28,308 nucleotides of DNA from a virus. Its lineage: Duplodnaviria; Heunggongvirae; Uroviricota; Caudoviricetes. The position numbers were made by a program, and so were the translations under genes. Location: IMG/VR virus record IMGVR_UViG_3300045988_152359. One strand, given 5' to 3'. Under the pieces are notes generated by a model. It saw only the letters and a program-made list of their open reading frames with translations, made no database searches and was not told where the DNA came from. Position 1 is the stretch's first letter. Each line of letters opens with the position of its first letter. This document shows, piece after piece, positions 19,418-28,152 of this stretch.

Positions 19418-20462
19418 ATTTCAGCGCCCGACGCTGGCAGAAAATATCAGTATGCTCCGTAACGATTTATTCGCCAGGCTGGACGTCAGCGACACGCTCC
19501 GGCGCATGGATGAAGACGTGCGGGCAAAGGTGTATGCGGCGGCGCTGCATACGGTTTACGGGTACATCGATTATCTGGCAATGAATATGCTGCCTGACCT
19601 GTGCGATGAGTCCTGGCTGGCGCGACATGCTGCGATGAAACGGTGTCCGCGCAAGGGGGCCACGGCTGCCAGCGGGTATATGCGCTGGGAAGGTGTCAGC
19701 GATGGCCTGAAGGTGACTGCCGGGAGCGTGATTCAGCGCGATGACCTGGTTCAGTACACGGCAACTGCCGATGCAACCAGCTCCGGTGGTGTCCTGCGTG
19801 TGCCGATCACTTGCTCAACTACAGGCGCGGTCGGTAACGCTGACGACGGTACGGCATTAATCCTGGTCACGCCGGTGAATGGTCTGCCGTCTTCCGGTGT
19901 GGCTGACACCCTGACAGGCGGATTTGATACTGAAGAGCTGGAAACGTGGCGCGCCCGCGTCATTGAGCGGTATTACTGGACGCCTCAGGGCGGGGCTGAC
20001 GGGGACTATGTCGTCTGGGCTAAAGAAGTGCCAGGCATTACCCGTGCATGGACATACCGCCACTGGATGGGAACGGGAACTGTCGGTGTGATGATTGCCA
20101 GCAGTGACCTGATTAATCCCATTCCGGAAGAATCAACGGAAACGGCAGCAAGACAACATATCGGGCCACTGGCCCCGGTGGCAGGCTCTGATTTGTATGT
20201 ATTCAGGCCGGTGGCACATACGGTGGATTTTCATATCCGCGTGACGCCGGACACACCAGAAATACGGGCTGCCATTACCGCGGAGTTGCGTTCGTTCCTG
20301 CTGCGTGATGGTTATCCGCAGGGAGAACTGAAGGTGTCACGTATCAGTGAAGCGATTTCCGGTGCGAACGGGGAATACAGCCATCAGTTGCTTGCACCGG
20401 CAGACAATATCTCCATTGCAAAAAATGAACTGGCGGTACTGGGGACGATTTCATGGACGTGA
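19404..20462 (+). CDS. Baseplate J-like protein (Mu gp47-like)
   Basis: 352 aa, position and size typical of baseplate J-family wedge proteins. Confidence 0.8.
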   Translation: MADSEFQRPTLAENISMLRNDLFARLDVSDTLRRMDEDVRAKVYAAALHTVYGYIDYLAMNMLPDLCDESWLARHAAMKRCPRKGATAASGYMRWEGVSDGLKVTAGSVIQRDDLVQYTATADATSSGGVLRVPITCSTTGAVGNADDGTALILVTPVNGLPSSGVADTLTGGFDTEELETWRARVIERYYWTPQGGADGDYVVWAKEVPGITRAWTYRHWMGTGTVGVMIASSDLINPIPEESTETAARQHIGPLAPVAGSDLYVFRPVAHTVDFHIRVTPDTPEIRAAITAELRSFLLRDGYPQGELKVSRISEAISGANGEYSHQLLAPADNISIAKNELAVLGTISWT

Positions 20463-21037
20463 CAAACGATGATTACATCCGTCTGTTGTCGGCACTGTTG
20501 CCACCCGGTCCGGCGTGGTCAGCCAGAGATCCGGCGATTGCCGGTGCGGCACCGTCATTAACCCGCGTTCATCAGCGTGCGGATGCCCTGATGCGGGAGC
20601 TGGATCCGCGCACCACCACTGAACTGATAAACCGCTGGGAGCGTCTGTGCGGTCTGCCGGATGAATGTATTCCCGCAGGGACACAGACCCTTCGCCAGCG
20701 TCAGCAACGACTGGATGCGAAGGTTAACCTGGCGGGCGGCATCAATGAGGATTTTTACCTTGCACAGCTTGCTGCCCTGGGCAGACCAGACGCTACCATC
20801 ACGCGATACGACAAAAGCACGTTCACCTGCTCATCTTCCTGTACTGACGCGGTGAATGCGCCGGAATGGCGGTATTACTGGCAGGTCAACATGCCAGCCG
20901 CCACCAACACCACCTGGATGACATGTGGCGATCCCTGTGATTCCGCACTGCGTATCTGGGGCGACACCGTTGTCGAATGTGTGCTTAACAAACTCTGCCC
21001 GTCGCATACCTACGTAATTTTTAAATATCCGGAGTAA
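20453..21037 (+). CDS. Tail protein, Mu gp48 / e14 YmfQ-like
   Basis: 194 aa immediately upstream of the tail fibre gene, the same length as e14 YmfQ as I recall it. Confidence 0.7.
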   Translation: MDVTNDDYIRLLSALLPPGPAWSARDPAIAGAAPSLTRVHQRADALMRELDPRTTTELINRWERLCGLPDECIPAGTQTLRQRQQRLDAKVNLAGGINEDFYLAQLAALGRPDATITRYDKSTFTCSSSCTDAVNAPEWRYYWQVNMPAATNTTWMTCGDPCDSALRIWGDTVVECVLNKLCPSHTYVIFKYPE

Positions 21038-21040
21038 TCC

Positions 21041-21784
21041 ATGCATCGTATAGACACGAAAACCGCGCAGAAGGATAAGTTCGGCGCGGGTAAGAACGGT
21101 TTTACCCGTGGTAATCCCCAGACTGGTACGCCTGCCACCGATCTGGATGATGACTACTTTGACATGTTGCAGGAGGAGCTTTGCAGCGTTGTGGAGACCT
21201 CCGGTGCCAGCCTGGAGAAGGGGCGGCATGACCAGTTGCTTACCGCGCTTCGTGCTCTGCTGTTAAGCCGCAAGAATCCGTTTGGTGATATCAAATCGGA
21301 TGGCACGGTGAAAACGGCTCTCGAAAACCTTGGTTTGGGAGAAGCGGCAAAACGGAATGTGGGCAACGGGGAAAACCAAATCCCTGATATGTCTTTCTGG
21401 ACGGTTACTGGTGGCGATGGAAATTTTGTGATTCGTCAACCTGACGGGCTAATCATTCAGATGGTTACTGTAAGTATAAGCGGCCCAGTGGCGATGAATG
21501 GAATGACTGATAATGCTTATGCCATCACAGGTTCTAATAAGTCTTATATTGCCACAGCCACATTGCCCTTTGTATTTCCTAATAAGGTGCTGGGCGTTAT
21601 CCCTATGGTATCAACAACAGCTTATGGTGGTGTATCCAGTAATATTACAGGTTCATACGCGACTGCGGTTTGTTCTTTTGCCGCTGTCAGGGGGAATAAT
21701 ACGATTGTGTTCAAAGTCGACAAACCACTGAATGCAGCCTTTCCTTCAGATACCAGCGTCTCAGCGTTAATCATTGGACGGTAA
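21041..21784 (+). CDS. Tail fibre protein (constant N-terminal part plus currently expressed variable C-terminal part)
   Basis: 247 aa; the crossover site at 21319-21344 lies in-frame in the gene (encodes LENLGLGE), so the C-terminal about 150 aa are inside the invertible segment. Confidence 0.85.
   Translation: MHRIDTKTAQKDKFGAGKNGFTRGNPQTGTPATDLDDDYFDMLQEELCSVVETSGASLEKGRHDQLLTALRALLLSRKNPFGDIKSDGTVKTALENLGLGEAAKRNVGNGENQIPDMSFWTVTGGDGNFVIRQPDGLIIQMVTVSISGPVAMNGMTDNAYAITGSNKSYIATATLPFVFPNKVLGVIPMVSTTAYGGVSSNITGSYATAVCSFAAVRGNNTIVFKVDKPLNAAFPSDTSVSALIIGR
21319..21344. repeat. Left recombination (crossover) site of the Pin-type invertible segment
   Basis: CTCTCGAAAACC-TT-GGTTTGGGAGAA; inverted copy of the site at 23251-23276 (13-bp identical core GGTTTGGGAGAAG in the reverse complement); resembles gix/cix-type sites with an AAACC-NN-GGTTT core. 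Confidence 0.75.
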
Positions 21785-21786
21785 TA

Positions 21787-22230
21787 ATGAACTCAGTATT
21801 CTTTTCACCCGGAAGTAAAAGTTTTTATCTGCAGGAATTGTTTCCAGAATATGAGGATGCGGGAACGCTTCCTGATGATGTTATTGAAATTACAAGAGAA
21901 ACATATGAGCAATTTCTTGGGCTGCATCCAGAAGGGAAAGAAATTGGCGCTGACAGTTCAGGACGGCCAGTATGGATTAATTCCCCACCCCCTTCAAAAG
22001 AGGATGAGGTGTTGACGGCTGAAATGAAAAAAATATCTTTGGTTTCTGAAGTCAATACCTACATCAATACTCATCAGTGGCCTGGCAAAGCGGCGATTGG
22101 TCGTCTGAAAAGTGAGGAACTGGCGCAATATAATTTGTGGCTGGATTATCTGGACGCACTGGAACTGGTTGATACCTCCAGTGCGCCAGATATTGAATGG
22201 CCTACGCCTCCGGCAGTTCAGGCCAGATGA
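21787..22230 (+). CDS. Tail fibre assembly protein (Tfa), currently expressed orientation
   Basis: 147 aa directly after the tail fibre gene, inside the invertible segment. Confidence 0.8.
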   Translation: MNSVFFSPGSKSFYLQELFPEYEDAGTLPDDVIEITRETYEQFLGLHPEGKEIGADSSGRPVWINSPPPSKEDEVLTAEMKKISLVSEVNTYINTHQWPGKAAIGRLKSEELAQYNLWLDYLDALELVDTSSAPDIEWPTPPAVQAR

Positions 22231-22804
22231 CATCCGGCGCGGTGCTGGTATCTGTTGCCGTCACCGCGTCAATGTAATCCAGCACAGCGTTAAGTCGGGT
22301 GTTTTCTGTCTGCGTCAGCTTCCGCCCGGCCTGTAATTTCAGTTGAATCAGACTGATGGAAGCCATTGCAGCATCAATCAGCGACTGGCGCTGTGCTTCT
22401 GCCGCTTCTACTGCGGCGCTATGCTGTGCCTCAGTATCGGTCACCCATTTCTCACCATCCCATTTATCGTATGGCGTTAACGGTGCGAGAGTGGTTGTAT
22501 TTTCGGGATAGTCGCCTGGTGCTGTGATTTCTTTAGCATCTCCCGTTTCGGTGTTATAGACAATTTCACCGCGATGGTCTGGCACATATTCCCATGAGTT
22601 AAAATCTGCAGAACGGCAGATTGCATAACCAGTTTTGTATGAGCCAGGAGCATCTAAACAGGAACATGCCGGAATGCCGACACCCACAGCAAGATATTCA
22701 GTTGATGTGAAAATATATTCCCGTGTTTCACCATCATAGTTATAAACCGTAATATTTCCTGCCTGGGTGGCGATAAATTCGTTATTTAATACATCGTAAT
22801 CCAT
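22202..22804 (-). CDS. Alternative tail fibre assembly protein (Tfa'), silent orientation
   Basis: 200 aa on the opposite strand, convergent with and slightly overlapping the plus-strand tfa; paired with the alternative fibre C-terminus. Confidence 0.8.
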   Translation of the reverse strand: MDYDVLNNEFIATQAGNITVYNYDGETREYIFTSTEYLAVGVGIPACSCLDAPGSYKTGYAICRSADFNSWEYVPDHRGEIVYNTETGDAKEITAPGDYPENTTTLAPLTPYDKWDGEKWVTDTEAQHSAAVEAAEAQRQSLIDAAMASISLIQLKLQAGRKLTQTENTRLNAVLDYIDAVTATDTSTAPDVIWPELPEA

Positions 22805-23304
22805 TATGCAGCCCTCACGATATAATTAAAGGCAATGTTACGAGGACGGTTTTCGTTTGCAGTTGGAACAACTCTGGAAGCATCAAATGTTACTCGCTTT
22901 GCATAACCACCTTTAATTGAATCAGATGAAGTATCTCCGATGACGCTGGTTGTAAAAACGCCAGAGTCAGAAGGATAGGTATTAAACCTGACATCTACTA
23001 ATGCACCAATTATATTTCGAATGGTATCTCCCTGTGACGAAAGCAAGCTACGGTTAGTATCAATCCCTCTTCCATCATCCCAGCCACGAATAAACTCACC
23101 GCGTAAATCAGGCAATTTATTTGTCGGGTAAACCTTTGCCAGTTCCGGGTATTCTTCAGCAGAAAAAGCCGCTCCGTTGCATTTCAGCCAGCCTGTTGGC
23201 GGAGTGGCGGAAGGCCACGGAACAGGCACGCCAACGGGTAATGCCGAACCTTCTCCCAAACCAACGTTTATGAAAATGCAGAAATAACGAGCAGATGACA
23301 TCAT
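22804..23304 (-). CDS. Alternative tail fibre C-terminal segment (promoter-less; fused to the constant part after inversion)
   Basis: Contains the tail-fibre motif LPDLRGEFIRGWDDGRG and the in-frame site-encoded VGLGEGS; the reading frame matches the constant part across the crossover site. The part beyond 23264 lies outside the invertible segment. Confidence 0.75.
   Translation of the reverse strand: MMSSARYFCIFINVGLGEGSALPVGVPVPWPSATPPTGWLKCNGAAFSAEEYPELAKVYPTNKLPDLRGEFIRGWDDGRGIDTNRSLLSSQGDTIRNIIGALVDVRFNTYPSDSGVFTTSVIGDTSSDSIKGGYAKRVTFDASRVVPTANENRPRNIAFNYIVRAA
23251..23276. repeat. Right recombination (crossover) site of the Pin-type invertible segment
   Basis: TTCTCCCAAACC-AA-CGTTTATGAAAA; central dinucleotide AA is the complement of TT at the left site; about 55 bp upstream of the invertase start. 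Confidence 0.75.
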
Positions 23305-23330
23305 TCCTGCTTTTGTCAGGGAGATCTACC

Positions 23331-23885
23331 ATGCTTATTGGCTATGTACGTGTGTCAACAAATGACCAGAACACAGATCTACAACGTAATGCGCTGAACT
23401 GTGCAGGATGCGAGCTGATTTTTGAAGACAAGATAAGCGGTACAAAGTCCGAAAGGCCGGGACTGAAAAAACTGCTCAGGACATTATCGGCAGGTGACAC
23501 TCTGGTTGTCTGGAAGCTGGATCGGCTGGGGCGTAGTATGCGGCATCTGGTCATTCTGGTTGAGGAGTTGCGCGAACGTGGCGTTAATTTTCGCAGCCTG
23601 ACGGATGCTATTGATACCAGCACACCGATGGGGCGTTTTTTCTTTCATGTGATGGGGGCCCTGGCTGAAATGGAACGAGAACTGATTGTTGAACGAACAA
23701 AAGCTGGACTGGAGGCTGCTCGCGCACAGGGACGAATTGGTGGACGTCGTCCCAAACTTACACCAGAACAATGGGCGCAGGCCGGGCGATTAATTGCATC
23801 AGGCGTTCCTCGCCAGAAGGTGGCGATCATCTATGATGTTGGTATATCGACACTGTATAAGAAGTTTCCGGTCGGAGATAAATGA
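23331..23885 (+). CDS. pin: Serine DNA invertase (Pin/Gin/Cin/Hin family)
   Basis: 184 aa from ATG 23331: MLIGYVRVSTNDQNTDLQ... (catalytic Ser in VRVSTNDQ) and C-terminal HTH GRRPKLTPEQWAQAGRLIASGVPRQKVAIIYDVGISTLYKKF; the ORF-track start at 23295 is an extension. Confidence 0.95.
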   Translation: MLIGYVRVSTNDQNTDLQRNALNCAGCELIFEDKISGTKSERPGLKKLLRTLSAGDTLVVWKLDRLGRSMRHLVILVEELRERGVNFRSLTDAIDTSTPMGRFFFHVMGALAEMERELIVERTKAGLEAARAQGRIGGRRPKLTPEQWAQAGRLIASGVPRQKVAIIYDVGISTLYKKFPVGDK

Positions 23886-23942
23886 AACCGTAGCACGTCG
23901 TATGCAAGATCGTGCTGCGGTTTATGCTTATCACTTAAAGAC

Positions 23943-24812
<870 letters not shown>

Positions 24813-24891
24813 CTAAGCCTTTGAATTTACAAGTACAAAAAAGATACTTTTCCTCATAATGTGAATTAATTTTATGTTTCGTTTGATGATT

Positions 24892-24957
24892 GGACCGGTC
24901 TCGAAAACCGGAGTAGGGGCAACTCTACCGGGGGGGCAAATCCCCCTCTCTCCGCCA
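24892..24957 (+). pseudogene. 3' two-thirds of tRNA-Ser(CGA), 66 nt - probable prophage attachment-site remnant
   Basis: GGACCGGTCTCGAAAACCGGAGTAGGGGCAACTCTACCGGGGGGGCAAATCCCCCTCTCTCCGCCA: anticodon loop with CGA, long class-II variable arm, T-arm, acceptor 3' strand and CCA. No 5' acceptor strand or D-arm upstream. T-loop reads GGCAAAT instead of canonical TTCAAAT. Confidence 0.8.
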
Positions 24958-25540
24958 CTTTATCAATGACTTATCTCCCGACTTCCCGCCTTGCTTTTCC
25001 TAAACAGAACAATCGTAGAATATTCTTGAAGGGTTAGATCGTCACTGTTTTCTGTTCGATACTGTGACATTCAGCACTTGATTCGCTATGGATCTGACAG
25101 GAAGGTTTCGAGCGAAAATCTGCAGTTATTCAGTCGTTTTCTTATCGGTCACCATTATTCTTTTAGACATTGATCCTACAAAGCTGCCGCAAAGTTGGTG
25201 GTGGGAACTGAAGTTGCGTAGAGAAGGGGTCAATACCCGGAGGCAAACATGGGCTGGCAAAAGTGTAGCGGTATTAGGCGCAGCTATTTAGCCTAGTTAT
25301 GTTTTATGAAAACTTGATATCATATAAGTGTCTTACTTATTGGCTGTAAATAAGGTTTTCTAAGGAATTGTTTCTTTAGTATCATTTGTAACTGTAACGG
25401 AATTTATAATCCTTTACTTTATTTTTACGGTATTTTTTATCACACCCTATTTTTTATGTGGTTTTTTATACTGAAGTTTGGCAAAGTGAACTTTATATGC
25501 ATATACTTCATCCTGGTTTCAGTTAAATTGGGTGGATGAT

Positions 25541-26284
25541 ATGGCAACTACATGTTCAGTTATATTGATTTTGGAGTCCTTTGATGTTTATTTCGGAAAA
25601 GAGAGTGTGTTTCTGGATAGAGGTTTATCTGTACTTGTCGACTCTAGCTATAGAGATTTTTTCCTGACATATCCTGAAAGAGTGATAGTGGCGGATTTTG
25701 GCGCTGAGTTTATTAGTCGCTATTTGAAAGCTAATAACTTAAGGGATATTTCTGATTGTAGGGAATATCCATCTTATTTAAAAATAAACTTTGCTGACTT
25801 CAGTTTAATTAAAGGATTAATTAGTTGGGCTAATCACTGTGCTGAATATATAGAAATTTTTGATGAGTCTATTGCTTTTACATGTCTCTCTGCATTTTCT
25901 TCTGAAAAACAATTTGGAGTATTTCTGTTTGGATGTTTGAAAAGCACAGGGGCTAAAGTTAAAACGATTATTCATACGGATTTATCTGCACCATGGCATC
26001 TTAAGGATATATCATCAAGATTATATCTCAGCGAAAGTTTACTAAAGAGGAAATTGAAAGAAGAGGGGGTATCATTCAGTAAGATCATACTTGATGAGAG
26101 GATGCAAATGGCTGAATATTTACTCAGCACTCGTTGTTATCCTATTAGTAAAGTAGCTAAGGTCTGTGGTTATGCCAGTGTCTCATACTTTACTTATGTA
26201 TTTAGACGTTATTTTGGTGTTTCTCCAAGTCAATACTCTCAGAGGAGTTCAGAAAGTAAAATTCTTACTCACCAGGGAATCTAA
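25541..26284 (+). CDS. AraC/XylS-family transcriptional regulator (AppY/YdeO/GadX-like), AT-rich
   Basis: About 247 aa; C-terminal double-HTH WHLKDISSRLYLSESLLKRKLKEEGVSFSKIILDERMQMAEYLL...VAKVCGYASVSYFTYVFRRYFGVSPSQY; visibly AT-rich with a long AT-rich leader. Start taken as ATG 25541 (the track uses GTG 25532). Confidence 0.85.
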   Translation: MATTCSVILILESFDVYFGKESVFLDRGLSVLVDSSYRDFFLTYPERVIVADFGAEFISRYLKANNLRDISDCREYPSYLKINFADFSLIKGLISWANHCAEYIEIFDESIAFTCLSAFSSEKQFGVFLFGCLKSTGAKVKTIIHTDLSAPWHLKDISSRLYLSESLLKRKLKEEGVSFSKIILDERMQMAEYLLSTRCYPISKVAKVCGYASVSYFTYVFRRYFGVSPSQYSQRSSESKILTHQGI

Positions 26285-26290
26285 TCATTG

Positions 26291-26553
26291 TTCTTGCCCC
26301 CTTATTTCCAGACAGGGGGTGTATCTTAAGTTAACGTTACCCGCTGACGTCGATATTCTCGCGGAGAGCGATAACCCAACGCACTGTGCGGATGGTTTTC
26401 ATTGTAATGTTCGATCGCCACTGCAAGATTATGCAATGCCGTTCTTATATTCGGTTTCGGCATGAACGCGATGTAGTCTTCCTTCATCGTTTTCACGAAC
26501 CTTTCTGCCATTCCATTACTCTGAGGACTGCTGATTACCCATGAGGAGTACAA
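26291..26553 (-). mobile_element. IS2-like (IS3-family) insertion sequence remnant: terminal repeat plus 3' end of the transposase gene, truncated
   Basis: Terminal sequence TTGCCCCCTTATTTCCAGACA at 26294-26314 resembles the IS2 inverted repeat; minus-strand ORF 26326..26553 encodes the transposase C-terminus; similarity ends abruptly near 26553. Confidence 0.65.
26326..26553 (-). pseudogene. IS3-family transposase (OrfB/InsD-like), C-terminal fragment
   Basis: 75-aa ORF ...[56 protein letters not shown]...; lacks the upstream catalytic (DDE) region. Confidence 0.7.
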
Positions 26554-26773
26554 TTAAACGGGTTAATCAGTTTCTCCATTTGAAAGAAAAAAGACTTCTG
26601 TACTGTTTGATATCACCGCTATTTTCTTATTTTCTGTGCAGGTCGTAGTGGGACAAAACTGAGACACATAAGGCCTCACAATGGCTTGCAAGGCTTTACA
26701 TGTTTTGATGTGGTGGGACGTGTGAGCGCAGTGTTGATGGGGTAATACTTTGAATTAGAAGCGGATTCTTATG

Positions 26774-26819
26774 ATTCGTAATGCGAAGGTCGTAGGTTCG
26801 ACTCCTATTATCGGCACCA
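26774..26819 (+). pseudogene. 3' 46 nt of tRNA-Thr(CGU) - second attachment-site remnant
   Basis: ATTCGTAATGCGAAGGTCGTAGGTTCGACTCCTATTATCGGCACCA: anticodon loop (CGT) through T-arm, acceptor 3' strand and CCA; no 5' half upstream. Confidence 0.75.
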
Positions 26820-27426
26820 TCAAGAAAATCAATAACTTAGCTTAACTTCTCTAAGAAATTGTATCTTCTGTTATCACTTACAAACGCCTATACGTTGTTA
26901 TGGGCTTTGGTAGTGTAACACGTATGGGCGAGTAGTTCCCAGGCTCAACCTCGTAACAAGTTCCTTTGAAGCTGGAAGACGTGCCACCGTCTCTAAACCT
27001 TCTACCAAAACTCTTAGCAAGATGTTCCACACCTGGCGCGGTGTCCAATGATGCTACACGTCGAGATGACGTCGCAGAGGATAAACAGGCTAAATGATGG
27101 GAAGAGTTTTAAGTGCAATAGTGGATTAAAGCCCACCTCTTCAAAACCTAACTTGATCGGGAAAGAATCAAGCTCTAGCACGGTTTCGTCCACCGGAGTA
27201 CAACGGGTGCCTGATAAGAGAAGAACTGCTAAGACTTCATAGCTTTTGTGAAAAAGCCCTTTTTAGTGGATATGCCTACGGCGCTTATTTTTTGGTATAA
27301 CCATCAAAGGCGCTTTATGGCTCCTATTGTCTTGAAAATGTATCTTTACTTGTATTGTGTTTTATGCGTAGTCTCCCTGTGTAGTATGTAACTTGTTAAT
27401 TTTCATATGAATACAGAGGCAACACG

Positions 27427-27537
27427 ATGAAAAACATTGCAGCTATAAAACGTAATAACCGCAAGATTCACGCTCGTAAGTTCCTGTCTACGCCAGAGGG
27501 AAAAGCCTGTCTACGCCAGAGGGAAAAGCCTGGCTAG
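27427..27537 (+). CDS. Small ORF (35 aa as read) disrupted by a 23-bp tandem duplication; inferred ancestral product about 50 aa, basic
   Basis: GAGG RBS 7 nt before ATG 27427; MKNIAAIKRNNRKIHARKFLSTPEGKA...; removing one repeat copy restores ...WLERKQRENEERKLLSELKWLKD, ending at 27602; an imperfect long hairpin and a T-tract follow. Confidence 0.4.
   Translation: MKNIAAIKRNNRKIHARKFLSTPEGKACLRQREKPG
27484..27529 (+). repeat. Perfect 23-bp direct tandem duplication (2 copies)
   Basis: CTGTCTACGCCAGAGGGAAAAGC at 27484-27506 and again at 27507-27529. Confidence 0.95.
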
Positions 27538-27885
27538 AGCGTAAACAGCGAGAGAACGAAGAAAGAAAACTCCTTAGTGAGTTGAAATGGCTTAAGGATT
27601 GAATCACCAGTAGGCGCATAACACATCCAGCAATCAAAGATGTGTTTGTGCGCCTGATAGTGAAATTATTAAAGTTTTTTAGTTAATGTAGCCATTGCAT
27701 GAACGATGATCGCTAGTGAATCGATTTTATCTCGAGGGGTAAAATAGATGAGGTATATGATGGTAACAATTACAGCTAAAGTAATTGTGGTTCTGCAGGT
27801 TTTTAAAATGGATAAGATAAAGCGCATAGATACCCCCTATTGATTTAACAACAACAAGGTATCATTTATTTTTTATTGCATGCAA

Positions 27886-27907
27886 TGTGCAAATTTTCAC
27901 ATATAAT
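27886..27907 (+). promoter_or_regulatory. CRP-like site (TGTGC-N6-TCACA) abutting a consensus -10 hexamer (TATAAT)
   Basis: TGTGCAAATTTTCACA at 27886-27901, then TATAAT at 27902-27907; no obvious downstream gene on the plus strand. Confidence 0.25.
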
Positions 27908-28152
27908 AGCTTACTATTCACTTTGCATGGTGTCAACAAGATGATGTGTTGTTTTGTTTGATTTGTTCAAGATAATATTTCATTTTCTCATCTGTATAAC
28001 TTGTGTTTTAGATAATTTCACTAATTGTAAAAGTTACGTATTGCTTAATAGCTGCCTTTTTATCTGAAATCGGCGCAAACGTGATCAATGTTTAACGCGA
28101 AGATCAGCGGCGTCAGGTCCACGCAGCGACAATTCTCAAATATCAGGAGGAA

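Larger units (their letters stand above)
21331..23264. other. Invertible tail-fibre host-range segment (analogous to Mu G / P1 C / e14 P), about 1.9 kb
   Basis: Bounded by the inverted crossover sites; carries two alternative fibre C-terminus plus chaperone sets in opposite orientation; serine invertase gene adjacent. Confidence 0.75.

Noticed and set aside
24868-24957. A complete tRNA-Ser gene
   Set aside because: Only the 3' 66 nt match tRNA structure; the upstream sequence cannot form the acceptor 5' strand or D-arm, and the T-loop is non-canonical. Treated as an att remnant.
25088-25291. 67-aa ORF in the leader of the AraC regulator gene
   Set aside because: No convincing RBS; lies in an AT-rich probable regulatory leader. 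Cannot be excluded as a small protein but is unsupported.
26554-26773. Integrase gene remnant adjacent to the tRNA-Thr fragment
   Set aside because: Translations of both strands show no integrase-like motifs and frequent stops; no evidence for a tyrosine recombinase here.
27048-27242. 64-aa plus-strand ORF in the AT-rich region
   Set aside because: No RBS, Ser-rich low-complexity product, not protein-like in either strand's longer frames.
27484-27529. CRISPR array
   Set aside because: Only two directly adjacent identical 23-bp copies with no spacers; no other repeat-spacer periodicity anywhere in the window and no cas genes.
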